The notes: generated by a model not told the origin, from the sequence alone. DNA of 64,000 bases from Nannocystales bacterium (GCA_050633305.1 JBOEGF010000014.1:206879-270878), one strand, 5' to 3'; positions 8,983-18,967 are shown, counted from the first letter of the stretch. A program made the numbers and translations.

Positions 8983-10412
8983 TTCAAGACCGTCCGAACG
9001 GGTCCGAGGCCGTCAGGGTCGAACGCGGGTGAGGGCTCCGGCTTCTTCCGATCGGGTGCGGTCTTGGCCTTGGCTTTTTTTCGCGTGCGCAGCTTCGGTG
9101 TTTTGGGTGCGGGTTTCGGAGGGGGGTCCGGAATCTCTGCGCTCGTTCCCGGATCGGTGAGGGGCTGTTGTTCTGGCGCGGGGTCGGGGGCCCGGGGAAT
9201 CGTCGTTTCCACGGTGGCCGGGGCCGGCTCGGTGACGGTGGGCGCTTGCGCGGGCGCCTGGCCCGCGGCCTTGGGGGCAGGTTCGACCGACGGGCGGGCC
9301 CACAAGGCCACCAGACCAACGCACGCGAGGGCCCCGCCAAGAAGCACCCAGGAGAGCCGACGACCGGAAGGCCGCGGGGCACTGCGGGGTGGGTCGGCAG
9401 GCGCAACGCGGGTGGGGTCCGTGCCGGGTTGAGTCGACGGTACGGCGAATTCCGACTCCGAAGGCTCCCATGGGTACGGGCGGCTGCCGAAACACCCGCG
9501 CATGAACTCGGTGAGGTCGTCCGCGGTCGAGCGACGACCGGTTGTCTCGGTGGTTTGTTCCAGCGCGAGTGCCATCGCTCGCGCATCCTCGAAGCGGTCG
9601 TCTGGGTTCCGGGCAAGCGCCTTGTGAATGACGTCGGCGACGGACAGCGGAACCTTGCCGTTCGCCTCGGACAACGGCGGAGCATCATGGTTGACGATCC
9701 GGTTCATGGCTGCGAACTCGTTGTCGCCGCCACCGAACAGGCGCATGCCGGCCAGGAGTTCCCAAAGCACGACGCCGAGGGAGAACACATCACTACGTCC
9801 ATCCATCGGTGAGCCCTTGCACTGCTCGGGCGACATGTAGCCGATCTTCCCCTTGCGAATACTCGGGCGGGTCCCGTCGGCACGGGTCGCCTTGGCGATC
9901 CCGAAGTCCACCAGCTTGACGCCGCCGTCGTACGTCACGAGCACGTTGGACGGACTGACATCGCGATGCACAATCTTGAGCGCGCGGCCTTCAAAGTCTC
10001 GCCGGGTGTGCGCGTGGTGCAGGCCGGCCGCTGCCGCGGAGCCGATCGACAATACGTGCTCGACGGGAAGCGGACCACCGACCGCCGAGCGGAGCGCAAC
10101 CAAGTCTTCGCCGTGGATGTAGTCCATGACGAAGAAGGGGCCGCGTGCGTCGTGTCCGAGGTCGTGAACACGGACCACGTTGGGGTGGTCGAGCACGGCT
10201 GCCAGCCGTGCCTCATCCAAGAACATTGTGATGAATTCCGGATCGTCGGCCCACTTGGGAGCGATGCGTTTCACCGCGACGTATTTCTCAAAGCCGTGAG
10301 CACCGACCGTGCGGCCGAGTTCGAGAATCGCCATCCCGCCCTCTGCGAGTTCGGCCACGCGCTCGTACCGCGCGGCATCTCGCTCGGGGTCCGCGTGGCG
10401 CTCGGAACTCAC
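8979..10412 (-). CDS. Membrane Ser/Thr protein kinase (Hanks type)
   Basis: LAEGGMA, VAVK, IVHRDVSPSN, DFGIAK, YMSPEQ, DVFSLG, then a TM helix and a Pro-rich tail. Confidence 0.95.
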   Translation of the reverse strand: MSSERHADPERDAARYERVAELAEGGMAILELGRTVGAHGFEKYVAVKRIAPKWADDPEFITMFLDEARLAAVLDHPNVVRVHDLGHDARGPFFVMDYIHGEDLVALRSAVGGPLPVEHVLSIGSAAAAGLHHAHTRRDFEGRALKIVHRDVSPSNVLVTYDGGVKLVDFGIAKATRADGTRPSIRKGKIGYMSPEQCKGSPMDGRSDVFSLGVVLWELLAGMRLFGGGDNEFAAMNRIVNHDAPPLSEANGKVPLSVADVIHKALARNPDDRFEDARAMALALEQTTETTGRRSTADDLTEFMRGCFGSRPYPWEPSESEFAVPSTQPGTDPTRVAPADPPRSAPRPSGRRLSWVLLGGALACVGLVALWARPSVEPAPKAAGQAPAQAPTVTEPAPATVETTIPRAPDPAPEQQPLTDPGTSAEIPDPPPKPAPKTPKLRTRKKAKAKTAPDRKKPEPSPAFDPDGLGPVRTVLK

Positions 10413-10512
10413 GAACCCCGAGTATCGCCCGAACCTGTCACCGAAGAACAGACAGTCGCCATCTGACGTCCTGAGGCCGTTGGTGCTACCGTACGGGCCT
10501 TAGCTTGTTGTC

Positions 10513-11022
10513 ATGTCGTGGGTCCCCTGGCTGGTGGGATGGCTGTGGTTTGCACCGTCTCCGCCCGTGTGTCGTGTGCGCGTTGTGGGCATGCCGCTGC
10601 CGCAACTGCGCCACCACGAACTGAGGACGGCTGGCCGAGTGCTCCCCGCGACCGGTTTGGTGGAGCTCCCTGAGGATGCTCGCGAGGTGGTCCTCACCGG
10701 GCCGCGATACTCGGGTTCGGTGACGCCCCCCGCTCAGTGCAAAGCGACGGTCGTTCTCAATGCAACGCCCCGGCCGGCAACGGTTGAGTTTCGAGATTTG
10801 CCACCGGAGGCTGTGGTGTCTTGTGTCGACTGCCCGGGGATCGACCCGGACGCGAACTACCTGCCCGCGCACCTGCCTTCGATGGTCATGGACCGACTAC
10901 GAACATCGGTATCTCTGTGGGTCCGAGCGCCAGGATTTCACTCGGTGGAGTCGACTGTCGTTCTGTACCCAGGGAAGAACATCGTCCGGATTTCGATGCA
11001 GCGACGTTCGGCTCTGCACTGA
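10513..11022 (+). CDS. Hypothetical secreted protein
   Basis: Hydrophobic N-terminus and beta-rich body. A TAGCTT -10-like hexamer ends 6 nt before the ATG. Confidence 0.55.
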   Translation: MSWVPWLVGWLWFAPSPPVCRVRVVGMPLPQLRHHELRTAGRVLPATGLVELPEDAREVVLTGPRYSGSVTPPAQCKATVVLNATPRPATVEFRDLPPEAVVSCVDCPGIDPDANYLPAHLPSMVMDRLRTSVSLWVRAPGFHSVESTVVLYPGKNIVRISMQRRSALH

Positions 11023-11086
11023 ATCATTTGCGCCGAAAGAGGACGACGCGGCCAACGCCGCGATGGCAAACTTTGAGTCGCCGGAT

Positions 11087-11111
11087 GGAACGAGACGCTT
11101 CGTCTTCCGTC
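11087..11111 (+). promoter_or_regulatory. Putative ECF sigma promoter
   Basis: GGAAC (11087-11091), 16 nt, CGTC (11108-11111): the common ECF -35/-10 architecture. Confidence 0.5.
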
Positions 11112-11136
11112 CCACCTACAGGACGAGGGGCAACAC

Positions 11137-11304
11137 ATGAGGACGCCGAACCAACACGCTTCCGGACTCCGCGAAACCGAACCGCAAGAGCGAGAGCCGA
11201 AGGACGGCGTAGGCTCGACGTCGAGCGACACGCTGACGCGCAACGCCAAGCCGCGCGAACAGGGAGACGACTTCTCCGTGCTCCTGCATCTCGGTCTCGT
11301 CTAG
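11137..11304 (+). CDS. Small 55-aa hypothetical protein (not in the ORF track)
   Basis: GAGGGG SD-like sequence before ATG 11137, an ECF-type promoter upstream, and TAG at 11302-11304. Fills an otherwise empty gap. Confidence 0.45.
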   Translation: MRTPNQHASGLRETEPQEREPKDGVGSTSSDTLTRNAKPREQGDDFSVLLHLGLV

Positions 11305-11347
11305 CGGTGTCGTGTCCTGCGACACTTCCGTCGCTTCGCTCCTCGTA

Positions 11348-11938
11348 TTAGAGCGGACCGACGGCGAGATCGATGCTCGAGGCAGGGATCGAAATCTCGA
11401 CCATCGGAAGTGACGGGAAGTAGGCTCCCGCATTGTCGTCGAAGAAGTTGTCTCCATCGACATCACACTGCGACGTCACGTAGCCAGGGTCGTCAGGCAC
11501 GACAACGTCACCGATCTCATCGTTCATGATCGTGAACGATTGCGGGAAAGCATCGATGAGGAACGGGCGACTGAACGTGGTCGCGCTCTCGATGCCATTG
11601 GAGGGATTGATCTCGCCGGGACGGTGGAACGTCACAGTGCAGGTGATCGGTAGCGCATATCCGCCGCCGCCGTCTTCGAACCTCCCCGTGAGCACCGCGT
11701 AGATCCCCACGCCCGTGCTGGCGTCGCCGGTTCCGCCGGAGGTCGGTCCCATGGACAGCCCCGTGCCAACGCTGTCGCTGCCGCCGGGATCGGTGTCGGT
11801 CCCTCCTGTGAGCACCGGAGAGGAGCCGCCTGCTGGTCCGCCACCGCTACCCACCGGCGGCGCGTTGCGCTGTTCCTCGTCACTGTTTCCGCAAGCGGTG
11901 AGGGCGCAGAAGGCCAAGCCGAAGACGTAGGCACGCAT
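11348..11938 (-). CDS. Hypothetical lipoprotein
   Basis: Lipobox LTAC, Gly/Thr stalk, beta-rich C-domain containing DVDGD. Confidence 0.7.
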   Translation of the reverse strand: MRAYVFGLAFCALTACGNSDEEQRNAPPVGSGGGPAGGSSPVLTGGTDTDPGGSDSVGTGLSMGPTSGGTGDASTGVGIYAVLTGRFEDGGGGYALPITCTVTFHRPGEINPSNGIESATTFSRPFLIDAFPQSFTIMNDEIGDVVVPDDPGYVTSQCDVDGDNFFDDNAGAYFPSLPMVEISIPASSIDLAVGPL

Positions 11939-11980
11939 CGTGCCTTGATTGAAGCACGATTCAGGGCTCGCTGGCGCGTT

Positions 11981-12649
11981 TCAAGCGAAAGGGTCGCAGA
12001 CGCCGTGGGTCGCGTGCCCGACGTCCAGGCAGTTCTCAATCGGGCCACAGCTGAACGTCCCGAGCGGGCAGAAGTTGGTGCAACGGCCTGCGAAGCACGA
12101 GAAGAGAATGTCGCAGTCGGTGCCGTCGGTGCAGGGCGCGTTCAGGTTGCCGCAGTTGTCGCAACTCTCGCACCGGCCCTCTTCGGCTGTGTAGAACCTG
12201 CAGACGGTTCCGACCCCCGGGCACTCGTTCAGGCTTCCGGGGGTCGAGCAGGACTCGCCCCTGTCGGGCACATCGAGGTTCGGGTCCAGCGGTGTGCCGC
12301 CTGCCGACGGGTCGCCGCCCGAGGACTCGGCCGTGGGGTCCGTACTCGTTGCCCCGGCGTCGGTGGCAGACCCGGCGCCTCCCGTGGAGTCGTCGTTGGA
12401 GGTGGCAGGACTGCTGTCGCTGGCGCTCGTCTCGCCGGCGGTGCCGCTGGTCGCCGCGGCTCCGGTCGAGTCCGCCTCCCCCACCGACGACGCTGTACCG
12501 GAGGACTCGGCCGACGCTCCGGCGGTCGAGGACATGGTGCCGGCGCTTGTTGGCGTGCCGCTCCCAGAGCCAAAGCTGGGGCCGCTGCCGACGTCCTCGG
12601 TGCACGCGACCGAGAGCAGGAAGGAGACGGCAAGCATGGACCTGCGCAT
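11981..12649 (-). CDS. Cys-rich lipoprotein with a Ser/Thr/Gly stalk
   Basis: Lipobox SVAC, long low-complexity stalk, C-terminal domain with 14 Cys. Confidence 0.75.
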   Translation of the reverse strand: MRRSMLAVSFLLSVACTEDVGSGPSFGSGSGTPTSAGTMSSTAGASAESSGTASSVGEADSTGAAATSGTAGETSASDSSPATSNDDSTGGAGSATDAGATSTDPTAESSGGDPSAGGTPLDPNLDVPDRGESCSTPGSLNECPGVGTVCRFYTAEEGRCESCDNCGNLNAPCTDGTDCDILFSCFAGRCTNFCPLGTFSCGPIENCLDVGHATHGVCDPFA

Positions 12650-12657
12650 GACGACCA

Positions 12658-12683
12658 GACGGCACGGGGCCGGCCGGGTTGCA
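12658..12683 (-). promoter_or_regulatory. Putative ECF sigma promoter for the two lipoprotein genes
   Basis: Minus strand reads TGCAAC, 16 nt, CGTC, ending 8 nt before ATG 12649. Confidence 0.45.
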
Positions 12684-12704
12684 ACGATTCCACCGCCGAG
12701 CGGA

Positions 12705-13097
12705 TCAGTCCGCCAACATGTGCGACTTGACCGTGTCGAGAAGAACCTGCCCGCGGACCGGTTTTTGAAGCCAGGCGACGACCCGGAGGTGTGCGAGGTC
12801 TTCGGCGACGTCTTCCCGCGGCGTTCCGGTCAGAAAAACTACAGGTAGGTCCGGCCACCGGGCGTGCAGTGCCTCAGCGAGCTCGAGTCCGGACATCGAC
12901 GGCATATCGACGTCGAGAATCGCCAGGCCCAGCGTCCGGCCCTCCGTCTCTCGGAGGGCTTCGTTGGGATCGAGATACGGGAGGAGCTCGACCTCGGGCA
13001 GGGCATGCTCGAGCCGCTTTCGCGTCGCGTCGAGCAGACCTGGCTCGTCGTCGACCAACAGAATTGGTCGGGCCGAGCCGTTGTCCAAGGTTCCCAT
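12705..13097 (-). CDS. Single-domain response regulator (CheY-like)
   Basis: ILLVDDE, ILDVDMPSMSG, VFLTG, LQKP. Confidence 0.9.
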   Translation of the reverse strand: MGTLDNGSARPILLVDDEPGLLDATRKRLEHALPEVELLPYLDPNEALRETEGRTLGLAILDVDMPSMSGLELAEALHARWPDLPVVFLTGTPREDVAEDLAHLRVVAWLQKPVRGQVLLDTVKSHMLAD

Positions 13098-13157
13098 CCA
13101 GTTCTTATAACGTCGTTCTCAGCCCCGGCTCCAAGGTTTCTTTGCGATTGAGCGCGC

Positions 13158-14516
13158 TCAAAGCTCAATCGTTGTCCAAGCTTTTCGCCTCCACATTACT
13201 GCGAAAGCTACCGCGGTCAGAGCGCGATAACCAAGTTGCGCGCTCCATATCGGGAGAAGCCCGAAGCCGAGGATCGGTCCGAGTACGAATGCGATGGGGA
13301 GGAACAGACCCCACTGCAGACTGATCGAAACCACCATCACAGCGCGGTTGGCTCCCGCGCCAAGCATCGCGTTCATCAGCACCATGCCGATGCCGTCGAC
13401 CGCGATGAAGAGACCGGCCAGACGCATGGGCCATCGCGCGGCGTCGAGGGCTTCGGGGGAGTGCAGGAAGGGCGATAGAACCAGGTCCGGTACGAGGGCC
13501 ATGGGCAGACCCAGTCCACCCATCACCCAGACTGCGATCTTCGCGACGTCCCATCCCCACGCGTACGCATCCTCGGGCTCCTTACGCCCGAGTGCCTGCC
13601 CGACAAGCGACGCAGCGGCGATGCCGAGGGCTATACCGGGCAGCAGTGCTACAAGAGTGACGTTGACCAGCGCGTTGGCAGCAGCGACGTCGACGGTCGA
13701 GTGACCGACTTCACCCAAGGCGATGTGCCCGAGGATCCAGAACAGCACGTTGAACCCGGCCGCAAACATGAACTGCTGGAGGCCGTTGGGCAGTGCGAGC
13801 GTGATGATGCGACGGAACGTCTTGCGGTCCGGGAGCGCTCGCAAGAACCCTGCACTGCGGGCATGTCGGAGGCCAAGCCATAGGTAGAAGACCGAGCCGA
13901 TACACGTCGCAATGGCGCTCGAGACACCCGCCCCATACGCGCCGAGTTCTGGCGCGCCAAGGTTGCCGAAGATCAGCAGCCAGTTGAAGAAGATGTTGCA
14001 CGCGTGCATCACGAGCAGCGTGCGTAGGTAGAGCTTGGAGAGGTCGACCGCGTTCCAGTAGCCCCGGAACGAAAAGTTCGTCGCCACCGCAACCATCGCG
14101 ATCAGCCGGGCCTGCAGGTAGGGCACGCCGATGTCGAGCACCGCGGGGTCGGGGTTCTGCAGCGGAAAGAACCACGGAACGAGCATGTACAGCCCGACCG
14201 AAAGCGGGATGCCGATCAGGATGCCGCACAGCAGCGCCGCGTTGAGCGGAATCGCCGTCTCGTTGTCGCGGCCCTCACCTTTGCGCCGCGCGGCGATGCT
14301 CTGCACACCCGCGGACAGGCCGGTCAGGAATGAGAAGGCGAGGAAGTTTGCGAAGCCCCCGACGCCAACCGCTGCCACAGCCGCATCGCCCTCCGTTGCG
14401 ACCATGGCGAGGTCGACCAGGTTGAGCACGTTCTGAGAGACCATGCCCCCGATGATGGGTAGCGCGATCCCGAGGATCCGCTTCGTTCTCTCTCGCACGC
14501 GCCCGCACTCCACCAC
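13158..14516 (-). CDS. MATE family efflux transporter
   Basis: About 12 hydrophobic segments, ALPIIGG, NLVDLAMV, LIFGNLGAPELGAYGAG. The true start may be a few codons downstream. Confidence 0.9.
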   Translation of the reverse strand: MVECGRVRERTKRILGIALPIIGGMVSQNVLNLVDLAMVATEGDAAVAAVGVGGFANFLAFSFLTGLSAGVQSIAARRKGEGRDNETAIPLNAALLCGILIGIPLSVGLYMLVPWFFPLQNPDPAVLDIGVPYLQARLIAMVAVATNFSFRGYWNAVDLSKLYLRTLLVMHACNIFFNWLLIFGNLGAPELGAYGAGVSSAIATCIGSVFYLWLGLRHARSAGFLRALPDRKTFRRIITLALPNGLQQFMFAAGFNVLFWILGHIALGEVGHSTVDVAAANALVNVTLVALLPGIALGIAAASLVGQALGRKEPEDAYAWGWDVAKIAVWVMGGLGLPMALVPDLVLSPFLHSPEALDAARWPMRLAGLFIAVDGIGMVLMNAMLGAGANRAVMVVSISLQWGLFLPIAFVLGPILGFGLLPIWSAQLGYRALTAVAFAVMWRRKAWTTIEL

Positions 14517-14868
14517 CGCATGTGGTGCGGGTCAATGACTGTTGTAGGCCGTTTTACGAACGTCTCGGCTGGGAAGAAACCCGGACGCTCAACCCCCATC
14601 GTCGGTTCTTGTTCCCGCACGAGATGCGGGCGGGTGTGCCATGGCTGGAACCCCCTTCCTCATCGCGTCGAGGCCGACTTGCACACGCTGCTGGGACCCG
14701 CAGGTCGTTGCAAAGGACGAAGTCCGACGTGCGGACCTGGGCGACGCGAAGCTCGCCGTGGGTCGAGCGGGTCATGGGGGGCGGGGCGCCGAGGCGAAGT
14801 GGGGATGTGCGGGGTCACGCCAAACCGTCCGGGGCTGGCGTGGGGAGCGGCGCGCGCCACCTCGAAGT

Positions 14869-16542
14869 TCACTCGATCGCGAGGTTTCGTAGGCGGTTGA
14901 TCGCCGCGGCGACCTCTGCGGGGCGAACCGCTGCAAGCTCGGGGCTGGGCCGTAGAGCGTACAGGCCTTCATGTTGCGCCTGCGCGACCGCTGCCGCAGC
15001 GAGCTCGGCGATCGGGGTGCCCGAAGGCTGCGCGCTCGCCCACTCCAGCAGGGTCCCGAGCAAGCGAACCTGGGACGCGTCGACAAGTTGTTCCAACCCA
15101 TCGAGGGTAATGGTGTCGTCGCCGTAGCTCAGGTCCCGGAGCCCGCGTGCTCGGACCTTTCCGCGTCGTCGGTCTCGCCGAATCGGAGCCAGTGACGTGG
15201 GGGTGAACACTCGCCGACACGGAGCCCACTCCGGGTGATTCGCCGATGGCTCGCGGGCGCTGGGGAGTGCGGCACTCACCTCGCGGGCCCGTTGGGTCGC
15301 GTCGTACGGATGGTAGTCGTCCATCCTGATCACGGTGTCGGCAACGTCGAGGTAGTCGCCACTCCCCCCGACCACCAGAACGCTCGATACGCCAAGCTCG
15401 GCGTGGAGCTGTTGCACGCGGTCGATGAGAGGCGTGATGGTCTCGCGCTGGATGAGCGCCTGCATTCGGGCGTCTCGGACCAACAGGTTCGTCGCGCACG
15501 TGTCCTCGTCAAACAGCAGAGCGCGGGTGCCGAGTTCCACCGACTCGATGATTGCGGCGGCGAGGCTGGTGCTGCCGGAGGCATCTGTCGTGGAGAACGA
15601 GCGCGTCTCCCGGGAACCTGGCAGCGATGAGATGAAGGGCCGGAGGTCAACCCCGGTCACGGCTCGCCCATCCTCGGACCGTACCTTCATCGCGGATGGG
15701 ATGGTCACGACTCGTTCGCGTCCATCGCCGGGGACATGCGGATAGATCCCCTCCGCAAGGGCCTGCAGAAGCGTGCTCTTGCCGTGAAAACCTGCGCCGG
15801 CGATGAGCGTGACCCCGCGAGGGATCCCCAGGCCGGGCAGTGGCTCCCCGCCCAGGTCTCGAAGCTCAACCCGGAGCGCGTCCGGAGCCTTCATCGCGAT
15901 GGCACCGGGCAGCGGCTTGGTGTCCACGCCAGAGGCTCGCGGCAGGACCGAGCCGTCGGCCACGAATGCGACCAGCCCCGCCGCTTCGAGCTGCCGGGTC
16001 AGCTCAGCGTGCTGGAGGGCGCTGCGTTGCCAGCTTCGAATGTCTTCGGTGCGGACCGACGACGCCCGAACCGCGTCGGCCATCGCGGGGATGGCGTCGC
16101 ACAGGAGCTCTGCCGCGACGCGCCCCAGGACGCGACGACCGGCCGCCGGCAGTCCTACTCGGAACCGAAGCTCGATCGCATCGTCCACGATGTCACAGCC
16201 GCTTCGGGCGAGCAGGGCCGCGCCTCCGGCGTCGACATCGATGACTCCAGACTTGCCGCTCCCTTTGCGAGCGCTCTTGCGCGTGGCTGCGGCAAAGCGG
16301 CGCAGGAGGAGGTCACACAATGCGACGCGCCCGGGCCCGGCTCGGAGCGCTGCGGGTTCGTAGCCATGGTGTCGAACCCGGACCCGGACGACAGACGGTG
16401 CCGCGAAGGGGTCGCCCTGGACGTGGTCGATCGCGACATCGAGCTGGTCTCCGGCCCACAGTCCTCGGATTCGTTTGTAGGCGCCGTAGCTTCCGCCGTC
16501 GAGGCGCCGCAGCAACGCCTGGAGGTCGGCGAGGGTGCTCAT
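14869..16542 (-). CDS. ABC-class ATPase domain protein (ABC_ATPase/PF09818-like)
   Basis: IDHVQGDPFAAPS, GKGSGKSG-like loop, Walker A GAGFHGKST, EDGRAV, DASGSTS, Walker B LFDEDTCATN. Confidence 0.85.
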   Translation of the reverse strand: MSTLADLQALLRRLDGGSYGAYKRIRGLWAGDQLDVAIDHVQGDPFAAPSVVRVRVRHHGYEPAALRAGPGRVALCDLLLRRFAAATRKSARKGSGKSGVIDVDAGGAALLARSGCDIVDDAIELRFRVGLPAAGRRVLGRVAAELLCDAIPAMADAVRASSVRTEDIRSWQRSALQHAELTRQLEAAGLVAFVADGSVLPRASGVDTKPLPGAIAMKAPDALRVELRDLGGEPLPGLGIPRGVTLIAGAGFHGKSTLLQALAEGIYPHVPGDGRERVVTIPSAMKVRSEDGRAVTGVDLRPFISSLPGSRETRSFSTTDASGSTSLAAAIIESVELGTRALLFDEDTCATNLLVRDARMQALIQRETITPLIDRVQQLHAELGVSSVLVVGGSGDYLDVADTVIRMDDYHPYDATQRAREVSAALPSAREPSANHPEWAPCRRVFTPTSLAPIRRDRRRGKVRARGLRDLSYGDDTITLDGLEQLVDASQVRLLGTLLEWASAQPSGTPIAELAAAAVAQAQHEGLYALRPSPELAAVRPAEVAAAINRLRNLAIE

Positions 16543-17417
16543 CGAGGGTACAGGGGGCGAAGTTCGTGGCCGAGGCGGAGGTCGTGAACCGACGCATAGC
16601 GCTTGGAGAGGTCGAGTCGCAGGTACGTCTTGTTCTCGTCGTGAAGCCCGAACGAGGTGGAGAGGCAGAGCTGCTCATCCCCGATCTTCTCGTATCCATC
16701 GCGGACCACGTCGTGTCCATACGCCACGAATCCTTCAGAGGTCTCGCTGCCCGAGGCCACATCCCGGAAGGCGCGGGCTTGCTCCCCAGTGGCATGGCGG
16801 GACCACAGCAGAGCGCCGAGCGTTGTGTGCTCGTGGATGCTGGTGATCGACGTCTCGTCGAACCCGGCGTACTCGATGCGCTCGAACTCCTCGAGCGAAG
16901 GCTCGGTCCGGCGCGGTGCCCCGTGGCAAAACGAAGCTCCGCACGAGGTGGTCGCGATGAGTGGCAGAACCGAGAGAAACTCGCGGACCTCGTCGACGCG
17001 GTCTCCCAGACGCGCGTTGAGAATCGCCGCTTCGTCCGGGTGGAACTTGCTGACGACGGGCCCGCCGATGTGGGCGTGCTCGTGGTTGCCGAGCAGTCCG
17101 ACCGCGAGTTCATTCTGCGAGAACTGCATGAAGTCGAGGACCACCTCGGCGCTCTGATCTTCATAGAGCGTGCCGAGGAAGTCGGGCCAGGCCTCGGAGG
17201 TGGCCAGCTCTTCGCTGGGTCCGTGCACCATGTCTCCGCAGAACAGGAGAATCGGCGCGTTGCCTTGGCTCTTCTCCTGCGCGTAGAGCTCTTTCAGAGC
17301 GCAGTAGTCGCCCCAGTTTCCCTGCAAGTCTGTCGCGACGAGCAATACGCCAGCGTCGGGAAGCTGGGCGACCTTCTTCCCGCGCCACCAGCCTGGCTCG
17401 ACCAAATTCCCCGACAT
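16539..17417 (-). CDS. Calcineurin-like metallophosphoesterase
   Basis: TDLQG, GDMVHG, LLGNHE, CHGA, YGHD motifs. ATGA-coupled to the downstream ATPase. Start taken at ATG 17417. Confidence 0.85.
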   Translation of the reverse strand: MSGNLVEPGWWRGKKVAQLPDAGVLLVATDLQGNWGDYCALKELYAQEKSQGNAPILLFCGDMVHGPSEELATSEAWPDFLGTLYEDQSAEVVLDFMQFSQNELAVGLLGNHEHAHIGGPVVSKFHPDEAAILNARLGDRVDEVREFLSVLPLIATTSCGASFCHGAPRRTEPSLEEFERIEYAGFDETSITSIHEHTTLGALLWSRHATGEQARAFRDVASGSETSEGFVAYGHDVVRDGYEKIGDEQLCLSTSFGLHDENKTYLRLDLSKRYASVHDLRLGHELRPLYPR

Positions 17418-17560
17418 GCGGCCGCGAACCCTAGCAGGCCCCACCGAAGCCTGCAGACACATTTGCGTACCGTGCGCGAGGACCGGGGAGACAGTGTCTC
17501 ACGCCGGAGAGCACTGTCCCAGCGAGACGGCCCCCCGAACGGAGCTGGCTGTGAGACACT

Positions 17561-18967
17561 TTGGGCTCCGTGTCGTCCACGATTGAGGTCCTGACGCTCG
17601 ATGCTGATGGCAACGCCGTCCGAGAGCTGCAGGACACCTTGCGCCGCCACAATCGGGCATTTCGCGTGACGCCTGCGACGAACCCGGACGCGGCGCTCGC
17701 GATTTTGGACGTGCGTCCCGTGCAAATGGTCCTCGTCGACCTCGACATGCCGGGGTCAGGGTTCACCTTCCTCGAGTCGCTTCGCGAGCGCTGGGAACAG
17801 CTCCCGGTCCTCGTGACGAGCCGGCGCGACTCTGCGCGTGCGGCTGTTCGCGCGTTGAAGTGTGGAGCTTGTGACTACTTGTTGCGTCCGCTGGACATGA
17901 CGGAGGTCGTACACAGCGTGGACGAGATCGCGCGGGACCTCCGGAGCGAGCCCGAGAACCGGAAGACCCAGGCGATCGGTTCGATCAGCTTCTCGGACAT
18001 CATTGGAGACTGCGACGCGATGCGCGAAGTGTACGAGCACATCGCGACGGTGCGGAACTCGAAGATCGCCGTGTTCGTCGGAGGCGAGACAGGCACCGGC
18101 AAGGAATTGGTCACGCGTGCGATCCACCGGGCGGGCCCGCGAGCGTCCGCTCCGTTTGTCGCGATCAACTGCGGCGCGATCCCTGAGCACCTTCAAGAGA
18201 GCGAGTTGTTCGGGCACGACAAAGGGGCGTTCACCGGGGCCACATCCGCGCGCTCGGGACGTTTCGAGCAGGCGCAGGGCGGCACGCTGTTTCTCGACGA
18301 GGTGGGTGAGCTGAGCGCGGCCGCGCAGGTCCGCTTGCTCCGGGTGCTGCAAGACGGGACGTTCATGCGTGTGGGGGGAAGCGAAGGCATCCACTCCGAC
18401 GTTCGCATCATCTCGGCGACGCACCGCGACCTCAAACAGATGGTCGCGTCCGGAGAGTTCCGCGAAGACCTCTACTACCGGTTGATCGTCTACCCGATCC
18501 TCGTGCCCGCTCTCCGCGAACGCGGAAACGACATCCGTAGGCTCGTCGCCCACATGATCGAGAAGTTTGGTCCCGACGTTGGCCATCCGGTCGAGGGCTT
18601 GTCGCCGGAGGCGTTCGATTGCGTGGATCGCTATGCGTGGCCTGGGAACGTTCGCGAACTGGAGAACGTCGTGCACCGGGCGATGCTGTTGGCCTCGAGC
18701 GGCCTGATCACGAAGGACTGTCTGCCGGATCACATTCGTGGAGAGGTGGCAGAGCGCTCGGTAGGGCATCTGGGCGACTCGATGCTCGCGGGCGAAACAC
18801 CGAAACTCTCGCTTGCGGACGCCGAGAAGCACGCGATTCAGCGCGCGCTCGAGGCATCAGGGGGCAACGTCACCAAGGCCGCCAAGCGGCTTGGCATCGC
18901 TCGGGCGACGATCTACCGCAAGATGCAGCGTCTCGGCGTTGCGCACCCGCGTGCGGGCGAGCACTGA
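17561..18967 (+). CDS. Sigma-54-dependent response regulator (NtrC family)
   Basis: REC domain (VDLDMP), GETGTGKE, ESELFGH, GAFTGA, LFLDEV, WPGNVRELEN, Fis HTH. Start could be GTG 17570. Confidence 0.95.
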   Translation: MGSVSSTIEVLTLDADGNAVRELQDTLRRHNRAFRVTPATNPDAALAILDVRPVQMVLVDLDMPGSGFTFLESLRERWEQLPVLVTSRRDSARAAVRALKCGACDYLLRPLDMTEVVHSVDEIARDLRSEPENRKTQAIGSISFSDIIGDCDAMREVYEHIATVRNSKIAVFVGGETGTGKELVTRAIHRAGPRASAPFVAINCGAIPEHLQESELFGHDKGAFTGATSARSGRFEQAQGGTLFLDEVGELSAAAQVRLLRVLQDGTFMRVGGSEGIHSDVRIISATHRDLKQMVASGEFREDLYYRLIVYPILVPALRERGNDIRRLVAHMIEKFGPDVGHPVEGLSPEAFDCVDRYAWPGNVRELENVVHRAMLLASSGLITKDCLPDHIRGEVAERSVGHLGDSMLAGETPKLSLADAEKHAIQRALEASGGNVTKAAKRLGIARATIYRKMQRLGVAHPRAGEH

